A DNA stretch of 64,000 bases, from the NCBI GenBank assembly GCA_050273025.1, contig CP158635.1, forward strand, positions 22,816,001 to 22,880,000. The letters are read 5' to 3'. Under the pieces are notes generated by a model. It was given only the letters and a program-made list of their open reading frames with translations. It had not been told where the DNA came from and searched no databases. Positions 14,535 to 28,900 of the stretch are shown in pieces. The stretch is from Cenococcum geophilum. Taxonomy: Eukaryota. The position numbers were made by a program, and so were the translations under genes. The first letter of the stretch is position 1; each line of letters begins with the position of its first letter.

Positions 14535-17500
14535 TATTCGTACTAACTTAATAGCACGAGTGAGTCGTATCCACGGGTACGAAATACATGTAGTATCGTA
14601 TGCTTGTTTAGATGGTGACTGTCGATTATATAAAGCAGACTACGTGGTCTATATACTGATGCACCTCCCCCCTAATTAGTTAGTGCTTTATAAGTGCACC
14701 AGACGCGTAAGCGAGTGGTTAGTGCACTGAACGCGTAAACGCGTACCTGGTGTACCGAACGCGTAAGCACGCGTTTGGTATAACAGGTGCTGTAATTATA
14801 TACTGGCAGTACTTAAAAAATAAAACCACCTATATACAGCCTCCGTAATTGCTTTAATAAAACTATAGAACACAAAGGAAAATATATAGGAAATCTCCCT
14901 AAGGTGCCGTCTAGGCTGCCTTCCAAACGGTGCCCCAAGCTGGCCGTAAGTTCTGCTTACGGTCCGTAAAATAAACCGTACGGCCTTTTAACGGGCAGTA
15001 GACGAGCCATAAGTTAGATTTTAAGGGCCGCTAAGGCGCTAGTGCTAAGCGAACTAATAGCGATTTTCCATCCCGGGGATAGAAAATCGTAATTGGTTAA
15101 TTTAACCACCCTATAAAATTCGGTAGGTTACGTGAGTCTACTAAGTTTCACCGTAGCTTTCCACCGTTTTCCACCTATACCGTATAACGAGCCATACGGC
15201 CTTCCAACGGGCCGTAGACATACCATAGGTGCTCCGTTAGTCCCGTTCTACCCATTCTATAACTTTTAGGTTAAGCTTATTTATGTTAATTAGGGTTTTA
15301 AGGGCTTAATACGGCTTTGCCTTAGTTATAGCGTCCGCTAGGTTATCTCCGCTGCTAATCTATTTAACCTTTATAATCTTACGTCGTTTATAGGCCTAAT
15401 ATAAGCACATTAGGTCGACTATGAGCCTCTTTTCTTATATCGTACCTAGTTTAACTAGGCAGTTGTAAAGGGACTTTAAATCGGTGTATAAAACCAGGGG
15501 TAACTGCTCTAGTTATAGAATCTTCTAGACCGTTAATTTGATTATAGCTGCTATATTAAATCCATAAGCTAGTACATATAGTTTAGAAGCTAGTACACTA
15601 CGGGTTACTTGTTTGCACTTAATTAAAGACTAATATAGTATATTTGCGTCCTAATTGCGGTCTATAAGTACAATTATAAAGCCAATTTGTGATAATAGGT
15701 TTTTATTATTAGCAAAGGAGGCGTCCGTAAATGCCAGTAGGCTAAGGGAATTTAGGTCTAGTGGTATAAAAGTAAGTCCCCTTACTGCATTATTAATTTG
15801 CCACTAAATGCGCTTATTAAGCTACTTAACATTTTCTTCTTGTGGATCTACTACCTAGGCCGCAAAGGATAAGTCATAGGCAGATTTGGGTTAGCAGACT
15901 GTGGCAATATAAGCGCCTCTTACACGCTATACAGTATATTAGTCCTTTATATTTACGGTCTTATAGGTCTCTCCGCGGGAACTAGTAAGGTTTATAGGCT
16001 TTACTATAACAAGCTTTAGGTTTTAAGCTTGGCGTTCCTAAGTCAGCTAGATTAAGTTGCCCTTTTATATAATTAAGCCTCCGTTAAACTTAATTAGAGT
16101 CTACTTAGTTAACTACTCTTACGGCTTTACCAGAAACTTAGCTTCTTATAGTTTAATCTCTTTAGCGTCCGCAAATGTCCGGTCTACTAAGAAGAGAGTA
16201 TTATCTATTTAGAGTTTAATAATACTAAGGCCGTTTAATAGGCTGTATAGGAGGCAGGGGTCGTAGGTTAACTGTTCCATTTTAAGTTTACTAATATAGT
16301 GCTAGTAGTATATCTTAAACCAATGGTTTCCGGCTTCTAGTACTCCGTAAAGAGGTTTTATAATCTATAAAATTGTTCCTAGTTATAGGTTAAGCTTATA
16401 GGGTAGTTATATAAAGATATCCCTACTTAGGTAGGTATTAGACTGCATATAGGCTTATAAGATATCCCATAAGTAAAGGGCTACGGATTTAGTTTACTGT
16501 AGTCCAGGCGTAAATACAAGTATAATCCGTTAACTAACCCGTTAAATTATAGGCAATTATATAAGGACTAGGTCCTTTCCCTAGTTATTATAAGCTTATA
16601 TAATAAGCCTTAATTTCTTAAAGGCTTTGTTAGTACTAGGGTGCTTAATCTTATTAATAAAGCGTGAGTTAAATATACGGACGCCTTACAGAATATCTCT
16701 CTCTATTATAATCGCAAAGACACCCTTTTTAAGTAGTCCGTTAATCTCTTTACGCCGTAAGTCCGTAAAAGGGGTTTCCTATACTAGAACTGATATATCT
16801 ATAGGCGGAGATTGCTTTACGGATGTGTTTACGGAGGTTAAATAGCTCTCCATTATGGGATTCTTACAGGGGCGTCCTCGGCCACGCTTTACAGCAGGTT
16901 TAGTAGGTTTAGTGGGTTTCTAGGGGACCTCTAGGGTAGGTAAAGGTGCCTCTAGTTTATCTAATTCGGCAGTTATTTCTAATTCGTCTGGTTCGGCGGT
17001 TGCTTCTAGTTCGTCTAGCTCAACATTATAGGTATTTTCGGGCCAAAAGTAGGGTTTTACGGACGTGCTTCTAAAGCTAATTGGCCCGCTAGGAAGCTAT
17101 ACGCAGCACATCTCATTTTCTACGGCCAATAAACGGTAAGGTCCATTCTAACTGCCGCTTTTACGCTATATAAGGACTTTAGAGTTAAGCGGGAGGTTAT
17201 ATACTAAGGTTGTATTAGGTCCGTTACGGTAGTACAGGGCATTATTAATAGTTTATTTAGCCCATAATTTAACTATTTCGGCTATTGCCTTCTATATTGC
17301 AGCTGCTCATTCCGTAATAGACGGGGCAGGGGGGCCTAGGTTGCTTATCCTTAGGTAGGCTCCGTAAACTAAGAGGGTAGGTACTAGTCCGTCAGGGCCA
17401 GCGGTATTATTAACAGCTTTTACGGCCATCTATAAAGCCAGTTCCTTTTAGATATCCTTATACTCGTCCATAATAATCTAATAAGCTCTCTATAGAGCTA

Positions 17501-20500
17501 GGTAAGCTCACTTAATAAGCCCGATAGACTAGTAAGCCTTAACTAGAACGGCTTTTATTAAAATAGCTATAGCCGTAGCGTACTATTAGAATTCCTTACT
17601 AATAAAGTTCCTACTAGCGTCGTAGGTAATATACTCAGGGGGTCCAACGTATGTGTCAATCCAGTAGGTCCGTAAAATGTCCTAAGTATATTTTATGGAT
17701 ATGTTTTGCAACCAACGGGCGGCTTAATAGTGGGTTGCCTCGTCAATTATATGTAATACTAAACTGCCGTTAATGTATATAATGTCCACGTATACTAAGT
17801 GGTTAAAGTTAAGGTTCTTATAAAGGGTAAACTTAAATTAGCCTAGGGAACGTCCGTATTTCTGGCAAAAGGAGCAGTATTTAGTTAGGTGGTTAATTAC
17901 CTTTCTGTTAACGTCGTCATGTCTAGAGCGTTCAAGGACTCTATATAGCTTTTTGGCTAACGGGTAGCCAAAACGGTGGTGCAGACGGTGGATTTCCGTA
18001 CTAGTAAGGTAGCACGGGTTATAGTTGAAAGATTCCTAAATGTAGGTCCATAAAGTCTCTCCCTATATAAGAAACGGGTGTCCAAATCGTCGTGTAATTA
18101 GTAGGGTAATATGCTTACTTCCTGGGGCAGTTGCGGGGCCAATTAGGGTATCTATAATATTATTATAGTACACCTATAACCTATCTATGTCTGTAAAACA
18201 GAGTAGGAAGGGGGTGTCCGCTTTTACCACGTGGAAGTTAACTAGGCCAATTAGAGTCTTAACTTTAACTAATCCAATTAATGCGGTTGAGCCGATGCCG
18301 AATTAGATGTTTACGGCCCCAGTTTGCGTAATATTAATGTCCGTATTATTATTTATGGTAGTCCTATATACAAGGTATTATCCGTAGCCTACGGTAGACT
18401 TCTTAGAGGCACCTATATTAATCATAACACTATAGAATTCCTTAGGGGTATAGCGTTCTGTGGTAATATATGCAAATAGGTCCTACTTATAATCTATAAT
18501 GTCTGTAACAGGGGTACTTACGGAATGGTTTTTAGGCGCAACTAAGTGTATAAAGGAACGGTCGGCTAATACGGTCGTAATATTAAAGGCTTAGCTGTCC
18601 GTAAAAGGTCTAAAAGTAGTTAGGAATATCTCTAAGGTCTCTTATTTCTAAGCGTCTAAGTTAAAGTTAATTATAAGGGCTTCTATTAACTTATTAGGGG
18701 GCTCTTCTACTTCCTCTCCTTTGTATTCCAAAATGAACTAGTTAATACGGCTATTAAGTCTCTTCCTAGACTTATTATATTCTTCCTAGGTATACCTTAT
18801 AGACTAATATCCTTCCTTACCGCACACAAAGCACTTCTGGCTGGTTTGTCTACGGGGGTATGTTTTTATATAGGGGTTGCTACGGGGGTTACGGGTGGGA
18901 CTTGGTCGGTACGGGTGCTGCTAGCGGTAGCGGCGGTCTGTAAAGTAGACGTCTAAGTCTATTTACGGATATTAAATATCCGTAATAAAGGCTTAAGTGC
19001 TGCCTGGTGGGTTTAAGACTTTATACGTTATAATAGAGGAGCGTAGGTCATTAATAAGGCCAGCTAAGGTATCTGTAGGCTTATAGTAGGCGTACTTATA
19101 GGGCTCTACTTCCTGGCAGGCTGTAATAAGTTTATTGTACAGGAAGTCGTTTGTTTGAAGCTTAGTGTTAAGGCCGTGCTATAGGTGCCGAAGGTCTTTA
19201 ATAAGAATTTGCAGACACTCTATAGTCGATTTTTCAGTATTCTTATCGATTACGGTCCGTAGCTTAGTCGCATTCTATTAGGTAAGAATATTACGCTTAT
19301 ATTCCGGTCCTTTAAAGTAGTTACGCATAGCTTTGTATAGCTTATCAAAGGGAACACTAAGGGGGTTACTCTTAAGGTTAGTGTAGTAGTAATTAAGTGC
19401 TAGGCCACGCAGCATAGTGGAGTAGGCTTGGCTAAATTCCTATTTAGGAATATCAGCCTTCCGACAGAGGTCCGTAAAGATAGTAAGTTTAAAGTTAAAG
19501 TTATTATTTTCACCGCTATACTTAGATTCGTCGGTATAGAGCTTGGCCAGGTTAGCTAGTTCCTTACCATAGGTCTTTACTTAGGTGGGTTACGGATCTA
19601 TAACTTGCGGATCTATAGCTTGCGGATATATAGCTTATAGATCTATAACTTAAACAACGGGGGTAATTTAGTCCGTATTTTGGTTTATAGGGGTATTATA
19701 GTCCGTAACTTAAGTATTAGGTATACTTTAGCCAGTAAGATTAATTTTAATACCACTTAGGTTTATAGAACGAATTCGGTTAAATAGGTCAGCTATAAGG
19801 CCAGAGATTCTATTAAGTTTAAAAAAGGCAAAGAGGTCGTTGGTTTTAATATAATCTAAGATCTGCTCTTTAGTCCATTCCGTTTAGTCCTTCTTATATA
19901 GTATATTGTATAGAGACCGTACAACAGTGACTCGTTTGTCCCTTTTAACCCATACGCCTTAGTAACATAAAAGGGTTCGTAGGTTACGGATAGTAGTAGG
20001 GTTGCAAGCCTTAAAAATAGCTTCCGTAAAGTCCGTAAAGTCTTCCTTATATTACTCCCACAGGTCGTCATTCATAAGCTTAAAGTGTCTATATTTAAGG
20101 ATTTTAAAGCTAATATAGTCGTTAACGTCGTTTATAAACGTAGCGTCAACGCCTTATCTCCACTTCTTTTAACCTTCGCTGACTTGCTTACTAATGTCTG
20201 CCATACTATAGTGTAGTGTGGTGCGTAGCGGGTGGTAGCAGCTTGTAACGGGTGGGGGAGGTCTTATAACGGTCCGTAAAATCAATTAACGGGTCCGTAA
20301 CGGTTTGTAGGAGTATAGGGGGTTTCTATAAGGTCTTGTAACAGTCCGTAAAGGCAATTAGTAGGTCCGTAGTAGTTCGTAGGAGGGTAGGGAGTTCCTA
20401 TAAGGTCTTATAACGGTCCGTAAAGGCAATTAACAGGTCCGTAGTAGTTTACAAAAGGGTAAGAGGTCTCCGTAAGGGGTCTAAAAAGAGGTCGGAGGTA

Positions 20501-20996
20501 TTAAAGGAGGATAGGGGGTTCCGTAAAGGTCTATATTCGCGTTTATAAACTTCTAGTAAACTATACTAAGACTTAAATAAGTATACAGAGTTAGAGATAA
20601 GTCCGTAATCCCCAACTTCCGACCTTCTAGCAGATCGTACTAGGAGTCTAAATAGGTAGTCGCTGTCGTATATATTGCTCGGGGGGAGGTGTTAAGTAAT
20701 TGCTAATCTATACGCGCTCACTAATTAGTGTTTGTACTAACTTAATAGCACAAGTAAGTTGTATCCACGGGCACGAAATACATATAGTATCGTATGCTTG
20801 TTTAGATGGTGACTGTCGATTGTATAAAGCAGACTACGTGGTCTATATACTGATACACCTCCCCCCTAATTAGTTAGTGCTTTATAAGTGCACTAAACGC
20901 GTAAGCGAGTGGTTAGTGCACTAAACGCGTAAACGCGTACCTAGTGTACCGAATGCGTAAGCACGCGTTTAGTACAACAGGTGCTGTAATTATACA
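14535..20996 (-). mobile_element. Full-length Ty1/Copia LTR retrotransposon B, RIP-inactivated
   Basis: 268-bp LTRs at 14535-14802 and 20729-20996, TSD GTATA at 14530-14534 and 20997-21001. The minus strand reads RLHHRFG(H>Y)P at about 17965-17990 and KPLYGVLEAGNHWF at about 16320-16360. Confidence 0.95.
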
Positions 20997-22349
20997 GTAT
21001 ATAAACTAATAATATAATTATCTTAGGAGACAACTAATTCTTAGCTCTTAAAGAAGACGAGCTAGTAAAGGCAAATCTTATAGTAAAGCTAAAGGAAAAG
21101 CTTAGTTTAATAACACTATTACTCTTTAATAAATGCATCCTCTCCCTAAATGAGGATTCTATTACTCTACGCCAAAATGGTTAAGGTAAGAAGATTAACG
21201 TTATTAACACTAATTCTCTAAAGTAAGGATATGTGGAGTAACGCGCTCGCGGAGCTTATATTACTTCTATCTGTTAACCTAAGGCTTTATTTAATCTCTC
21301 TATTGCCGCCTAACACTAAAAACTAACTAAGAATAATATTCTTGCCCTAAATAAGCGTCTTTTCTAGCAAATAAACTATCTTAATTAGGGACTACTCTAC
21401 GTGCCTATTAATCTTCCTACTACCAAGCTCTTTATATTTATTAATAGATTATTTATAAATAATAAAGATTTTAGCTCCTAGTTAGGATATAAGATTATTA
21501 TTATAAACGAATTTACTAGAGAGAATAACTTTATAATCTATAGCAATCTTATCTATTAGAGCTTAACTAAGAGTAAGCGCATTACTTAAAGTATTTTAGT
21601 GTTAGAGATATATAAAATAGTTAGCGGAGTTAATATAGCAATTATAATTAGAACTACCCTAAAGATAATTATAGATTAACTCGAACTTCCTATTATCCCT
21701 ATAATTATATACACTAACTTATATTCCCTCTATAAGTATTTAGTTAAGCTCAGTACTATAAAGGAGAAGCGCCTTATAATTAATATTATAGTACTTTAGC
21801 AATCCTATAAGTATTAAGAACTCTTTAAGATTTAATAGATTAATAGCTAAGATAACCCGGTAGATATAATAATAAAGGCAAACCTAAATAAGGCACTAGA
21901 GACGTTTATTAATATAAATACTCTACATATATAAGTTAAAGGTTAGATTAAAAGGGAGTCCCTAGAAATTTCTTAGTTATATAAGGTCTTAAGATATCCA
22001 GGAACTTTAACTAGCGGTTAAAGTTATTTAATTAGTTAGATTCTCTTACTAAGACTTTTTAAAGTATAATATTCTATAGACCCTAACTTAACCTAGCTAA
22101 TTAGGATTTTTTATCCCCAGGATAGAAAATTGCTATTAGCTCGCTTACTACTAGCGCCTTAGCGGCCCTTTAAACAAAATATCTACCTATAACTCCTAAG
22201 TAAGAAAGTACTACGTATTAAGAGGCAAATTTTAAGACAGCGAGACTTATATTATAATAGCAATAGTAAGTAAGGAGGATTAATATTTACTACGCTAGTT
22301 AAGCGGTATATATATATATAGATAGCAACTATAAAAGAAGAGTTGCTAG

Positions 22350-22564
22350 TGTTAGGAATAAAGGTAAGTAGTTATTATATAAGGCAAATTGCCATTACAG
22401 GTGGCAAGTTGCCGTTACATGCGGCAAGTTACCGTCACGTGTCGCCGCGGCAGTAGCGTAATGAGGAGCCCTAAGCTCCTCGCCCTCCCTAACATATATA
22501 AGAATAACAATCATCATACTATCTACGAACCGTAGCTATGTGATATCCCCTTGTATAACTAACA
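22350..22564 (+). repeat. 3' LTR of Copia A (partner LTR not in window)
   Basis: TGTTAG...CTAACA termini, purine-rich tract just upstream, positioned after the RNase H remnant and 3' UTR. Confidence 0.8.
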
Positions 22565-22966
22565 AAAATAAAATAAAATAAAATAAAGCAAAAATATTTA
22601 GCTTTAAAAATAATATAACTTTATATTAAAAAAAAAAAGAAATTTTTTATATTTTTATATTTTTTATATTTTTATTTAAATTCCTATATACTTTTATAAT
22701 TAATTTAATTTTGGGTTAATTTTTTTAAAAAAAGAATTATAAGTGAAAATAATGTATTTAATAAAAATTATTAGAAAAATTTAAGCATATTAACTTTAAA
22801 CCACTATAATAAAATTTTAATTGTATTTTATTAAATAAAAATAATAATATATTATAATAAATATATTAGATAATATAACTTTTATTTTTAAAGAAAATAT
22901 ATTTAATATATAGGAAGTTATTAAACTTCTAAATAATAAGTATATATTAATAAAATATTAAATTAC
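22565..22966. other. Extremely AT-rich degenerate relic; continues at 29418-29580 after the Copia C insertion
   Basis: Very few G/C bases and no recognisable motif. The Copia C TSD (ATTAC) shows the two AT-rich stretches were once contiguous. Confidence 0.6.
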
Positions 22967-25900
22967 TGTCGGTATAACTCTCTTTATCAACGTGCACGAA
23001 TATCACTTGTAGTGGTACGTATGCGGTGTTAAAGTTAATAGTTAATTGTTGTATCTAGAAATAGGGGTTTACTCTAAGGTCAGATTAGCTAGTCTTACTT
23101 TATAGTCTTATAACCACGTTATATAACTAACATTTTGACACTAGAGCAACTCTAAGAAGAAGGCTAATCTATACTCTAAAGCCAAGTCTATTTCTAGACT
23201 ATTTATAGTATATACGCAATAGCTAAAGATCTAATTAATACGCAATAGTTTCCACGCTCTTCTTATAGGTCCGTAATTACACAACTAGTATTACGGCTTA
23301 TACTAATACCTCTAAACAGAAGCTTATAGAATGCTGTATTACGGGGACACTAAGCTAAGGAAAAGAAGGAGAAGGATTGTTAGGGGTAGTAGGTTAATAT
23401 ATCGCGAGGGCCGCTAAGGCGCTAGTGGTAAGCGAGCCAATAGCGATTTTCTATCCCGGGGATGGAAAATCCTAATTGGCTAGTTAAATTCAGGGTCCGT
23501 AGAATATAGCGGGTAACGTGCCCTAGCACCGTCACGACCCGAAAACCACCTTTTATTACTCCTTACGCTCTACCTAACCTATAGCCTATATATCGACCTA
23601 GTTCGTGTTAATAAGTCGCTATAGGGTAACGTAAGGCTTCCCCTTGGTCATCGCGTCCGCAGGGTTAGCTTCACTATTAATCCATTTAACCTCTATAATC
23701 TGCCGACGTTCGTAGGCTTATCGCAGGCACATTATATTAATTATTAATCGCTTCTCTTATGTGGTTCTAAGTCGTACAAGACAGTTATATAGCGATTTAG
23801 AATCGGTGCAAAGTATAAGCGGAAGGTTGATCTATAGGACCTTGTCTACCGTAAACTTAATAGCAACGGCGATATTAAAGCCGTAAGCTATTCCATAGAG
23901 TTTAGAAGCCAGAACGCTTCTAGTAACTCTTTTACACTTAATTAAGCTCTAATAGATAACGTTGGCCTTCTTAGTTGCGTCAGCTAGTATAATAACGTAG
24001 CCAATTTACGAAGAGAGGTCCTTATTATTGGCAAAGGAAGCGTCTATAAAGACTAAGAGCTATAGGGTCTTAGCCTCTAATTTAACAAACTTAAGACCTC
24101 TATATAAGTTCTAAATCTGCCAACTTAGGCGCTTATTTAACTCCTTCGCGTCTGCCTCTTTAGAATTAGTTACCTAGGTAGTAAAGAATAAGTTAAATAA
24201 AGCCTCTAGTTAATAGACTAAGGCAATATAGGCTCCTCTAGCGCGTTAAGCGATATACTAGTCCTTTAGCATAAGTAAGCCGCGCGTAATTCCTCTGGAG
24301 CTAGTACTATCTACTAGCATAGTGTTAACTACACTAAGGTTCTTATACTGGCGCTTTTACATTAGCGTAATACTCTCGTCTTGTGCTAATTAAATAAGTC
24401 CTCTATTAAACTTGACTGGTGTATTAGTGGTCAGTTACTCTCGCTCCTTAGCCATAAATTTAGCCTTATATAGTTCACTTTGTTTAGCCTCTATAAAGGT
24501 ATTATCTGCAAGAAACAGCGTATTATTAGTCTATAAGCCGACGATTCTAAAAGGTTTATTGTTGTAAAGCAAGTAAGGGTCGTACATAGACTGGTCCATT
24601 CGCAGCTAATTAACGTGGTGTAAATGGTAGGTCTTAAACCAGTAGTTTCCAGCTTTAGGCACTCTGTAAAGTGGTTTTACAACCTTTAGAACGGAGTCCT
24701 TATTAATTCCCAATTGTTTATTTAGCTCGTGTAGTAGTTATATATAGAACTCGCGGTTTAAGTTCGTAGTAGACTAGATATAGGCTTATAAGATATCTCG
24801 GAGGTAGAGTCGTATTTATAGTAGCGTAGCAGCGATACAGAGAATCAGCCGCTAGCTAACTTGTTAAATTATTAATAACTAAGTAAGGACTAGCTCTTTC
24901 TCTAAATCGTTATAGGCCTATATAATAAGTCGTAATTTCTTAAAGGCTTTATTAGTTCCCTTATTCTTAATCTCGTTAATAAACCGTAAATTAAAGAGTC
25001 TGACCCCCTTTGGCATATTATATAGCTTAATAATCTTAAAGACGCCTTTCTTAAGTAGGCCTATGACCTCCTTTTGCCGTAAAGCGCTGAACTAGGTGTT
25101 GCTATCGTTCTATAAGTAAATAGTAGTATCAGCTATATCTACGGTATCGTTGTCCTGCAAGTAGATAGCGATATCGGCCATGTCTACAATATCACCCGTA
25201 AGGGCATTTATGTCTATTATAGCGTCCGTAACAGCCGTGTCTGCGACGGCTATAAGCAATAGGTATTTGCGGGGGCGACCTCTGCCTCGCTTTAGCGGTA
25301 GCTATAGTTCAGCTTTAGGTAACGATTAAGGTTCAGCTGGTATAGGTACTAGTTTAGCTAATTTAACAGACTTTTGTAGTTTAACTAAGTCTTATAGGTC
25401 CAGTAGGTAAGGTTTTACGACCGTAGAGCGGAAGGTCATAGGCCTATTTAGTAGCTTCACGGTACAGGTCTTACCGTTAACGGCAAGTAGCATATATGGC
25501 CCGTCCTAATAACCGCTTTGGCCAGTATTGCCTTCTCTCTAGACTAAGACAGGCGAACTAGGTGGGAGGCCGTGAATAGCGTCAGTTCGTTGTCTATTTC
25601 GCGTATTAAGAGCGTTAGCAATCTGTCGTTCAGCTTAAAGCTTCTAGATTTCTACCATTGCTTTCTTAATAGCCGCAGCTCGCTGTGTAACTAAAGGTAA
25701 TAGTGCGTCCGATTTAACCATTTGGGGGTAGGCTCTAAAGACTAGGAGTATAGGGACTAGGCCTTCTGGGCTAGCCGTATTATTAATAGCTTTAAAAGCC
25801 ATTTATAGGGCCATCTCCTTACTAATTTCAGGGATTTCAGATGTAATGATTTAGTAGGCTCGTTATAGCGGACCGTAGTAGCGCTCTACCATTCCAATAG

Positions 25901-28900
25901 AATTGTATAATTTGACTAGAACTGACTTTATAGTTACTCCTATAGTAGCAGCGTAGTGCTTAAACTCCTTACTAATAAAGTTCTTTCTAGCGTCTGTGGT
26001 AATTAAGTCTAGTAGTCCTAAATAGCTATTAATCTAGTACATTCGTAGAACGTCCTAAGTGTGCTTAGTGCTAATATCTCGTAGCTATCTACCAGTTTAA
26101 AATTAAGTTGCTTTGTTAACTATATATAGTAGGGGGGAGCCGCTAATATACATAATGTCAACGATAATATTATAGTTGAAATTAATGTCGTCTCATAAGG
26201 TGAAGCAAAATCTACTTAGAGATCTGCTAAACTTCTAGCAGTAGTGGCAGAGTCTAGTTAGCTCTTTAATAGCGGATCTATTAGTATTATAGCCGTGGCT
26301 AGTCTTATTAAGAAGCTTTTACAATCTATTAACTAACGGGTAACTAAATTAACGGTGTAGACGTTATAGCTCTACGTTAGTTAAGTAGCAAGGGTTTACG
26401 TTAAAGGACTTAACTAGATAAGACTATAAAGAAAAGCTCTATACAAAAAACGGGTGGCCAAATTATCTAACTATTAGCACCTTTTTAGTGCAAGTAATAA
26501 TGACGTCCTTTAGGTTATCGTATTTAATATAGAGTCTATCTATATCTGCTAAGTAAAGTAGGAAAGAAGTATCTGCTTTAATAATATGGAATTATACCTT
26601 GCCTATAGGGCTGTTAATATCTATAGTTCTGATAGACGTAGAGGCTCTAATCCTAAATTAGATAATTACTTGGCCCTTAGTTGACGTATTAAGACTTATA
26701 GACTTATCTACAGCTTATAGGGCTTAGAATTAGCTGTAGCTAGCTATAGACTTACGCAAAGCACCTATATTAATTATAATTCCTATAAAGACCGTTAAGG
26801 TATATCGTAACGCTATGGTTATAGTCGTATTATAGGCGAATAGGTTAGTCTCTGTGTAAGGTTTTATGGCAGACTCTATAGTAAGTTCTAAAGCCATAAG
26901 TAGGTGTATATAAGCCTTATTAGCTAGCTCTACGCTTATAGAGGTTGCTTTCTCTATAGTAAGTATTCTAAAGGTAGTAATATAGGCAGAACTATCATTA
27001 GGTTCTCCGGCATTGCTCCTAGAGTCGTTAGCGTCTTATATATAGGCTTTAAAGTCTAAGTCATCCTCTTTATCTCTTTCGCAGGCGGCGACGTATTATT
27101 TAAAGTAGTTATTAAAGTTACCCTTATTACGGCCCTTAATATCAATAAAACGTCTCTTATAGTTGTCTCTAGATTAATTACACTCCTCCTTTATATATTT
27201 CTATAAACGGCAGTCCTCCTTCTTATAGATATAGCACTTAGCCTTTAGTCCGCCGTTAGTTCTATAGGGGCGATTGCTGCTATAGCAATTAGTGTTTCGG
27301 TCTCAATTTTGGTCATTTTAATAGTAACATCAATCCGTAAAAAAGGTTTAGTAAAATAATCTCATTAAGGCCTATAGGGGGTGTTCTTTTTCCTACGCAA
27401 CAATGGAGAATTATAGCTTACTAATTAACTAAGAGAGGTCTTCTAAGGGGTTAGAGACAGCGATACGGTATACTAGCACTCCCTAGCAAGTAGTGACTAA
27501 CTTATTTATAAGAATGCGGTTTATATAAAAGTCTAGGTATAGTCCATAACGTTGCTTTAGTAGTTTATTTATAAGCAGTTAGAAGTTCTAATAAATTAAC
27601 TTATTAGGGTTCTCGTCCATAACTCCTTAGAGGGTTATACTGTTCCACTCTATAAGGTTCTTACAGTAGTATTCTAGCCCTTTAAAGAACTGTTATATAT
27701 AGTTATAGGCTTTAGTAAAAGGTCTTAACTTAAGGTTGCTGTTATAGTAGTGGTCCTAAGTAAGCCCTTTCAGCATGCTAGAGAATGCCACTATATAGCC
27801 TTCTAGTAGTAAGCTAGATCTCTTACAGATGTTATAGAAGATAGTCAGCTTAAAGTTAAAGCTATTATTGACTTTATTATACTTTTAGTCGTCTATATAG
27901 ATCTTTATAATTATAGCCACCTCCTTACTATATTTAGATCCTTACTTAGGTCCTTACTCCACGCTAGGCATAGCTAGTTTAGGTGGTATATATATATATA
28001 ACTACTGCGATTGCTATAGCTACTGCAGTTACTACTTTCTTAGCCATAGTAGTTGGTTAATAAGAGCGTAGATTTAGTTATAATTAGAGGATTAAGGACT
28101 AGGAGGAGTAACAGGGGTAGTAGGGGTAGCAATTGGAGTAGCTGGCGGTGCAGTAATCGGAGTAGATCTAGGGGGAGTAGTAGGGGTAGCAGGGGTAGCG
28201 ACCGGGGTAGCTAGCGGTGCTGCAATTGGGGTAGCTAGCGGTACAGCAACCGGAGTAGCTGGTAGTATAGCGGCTGAAATAGCTAGTGGAGTTAGTGGAG
28301 TACCTAGTAGTAGGGCTAGAGGTATAGTAAGCTTGTCTAAGGTTAAATTAAGTTAGTCTTGCAGAGTTGTTGTAATTATTAGCTTTACCTCTACAAGGGC
28401 CGCGATAAGCTCCTCATCCGTCCATTTATAAAACTCTTCTTTATTAGCGACGTCCATTAGCACCTTACTAAGGGTATACCTCTTATCTTGCTTAATAACG
28501 TATACTCCTTTCTTAACTAGGTAGTTACGGATTTCCGCTTTAGTTTTAGATTGTACTCGTTTAAAGAGCTCTAGCGTAAAGTCTTTAAAGTCTTCCTAAT
28601 ATACTGTCCATAGTAAAAAGTCTATAAGGTTATACCGTGTATATAGGTGCATCTTAGTCTCCATATACTCCGCTAGATTGTTATCTATAGCCGTCTCTAA
28701 GTTAATTCCGTAGCCGTATTTGGCAATTCTTTCCTTCTAGTTAATTTCCATATTATCATGTCTTTATATATAAGGGTAGTCGTCGTTTAGAAGTTAAGGT
28801 TAAGGTTAGGGGTGTAAAGGTAAGGGTGTAAGGGTGTATGCGTGTCCCCTTAACAAATCTACAGTTTTTAAAGACTAAAGACTAAAGATAATTCTTAGTA

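Larger units (their letters stand above)
11375..22564 (+). mobile_element. Ty1/Copia LTR retrotransposon A, RIP-inactivated; 5' part cut off by the LINE and interrupted by Copia B
   Basis: Gag knuckle remnant at about 11875-11920, protease DTG(R)AA at about 12285, and GAG-pre-integrase (H>Y)RRFGH at about 12680. Integrase precedes RT (Copia order). The RT motif VG(M)QTDD is split at 14534/21002. 3' LTR TGTTAG...CTAACA at 22350-22564. Confidence 0.88.

Noticed and set aside
3794..20071. Short ORFs listed within the retroelements (3794, 11131, 14331, 16627, 19856)
   Set aside because: They are chance stop-free stretches or fragments of RIPed TE genes, not independent genes.
22565..22966. Mitochondrial insertion or centromere core suggested by extreme AT content
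   Set aside because: No organellar gene motif was seen; repeated RIP of an old repeat explains it, and centromere status cannot be judged from sequence alone.
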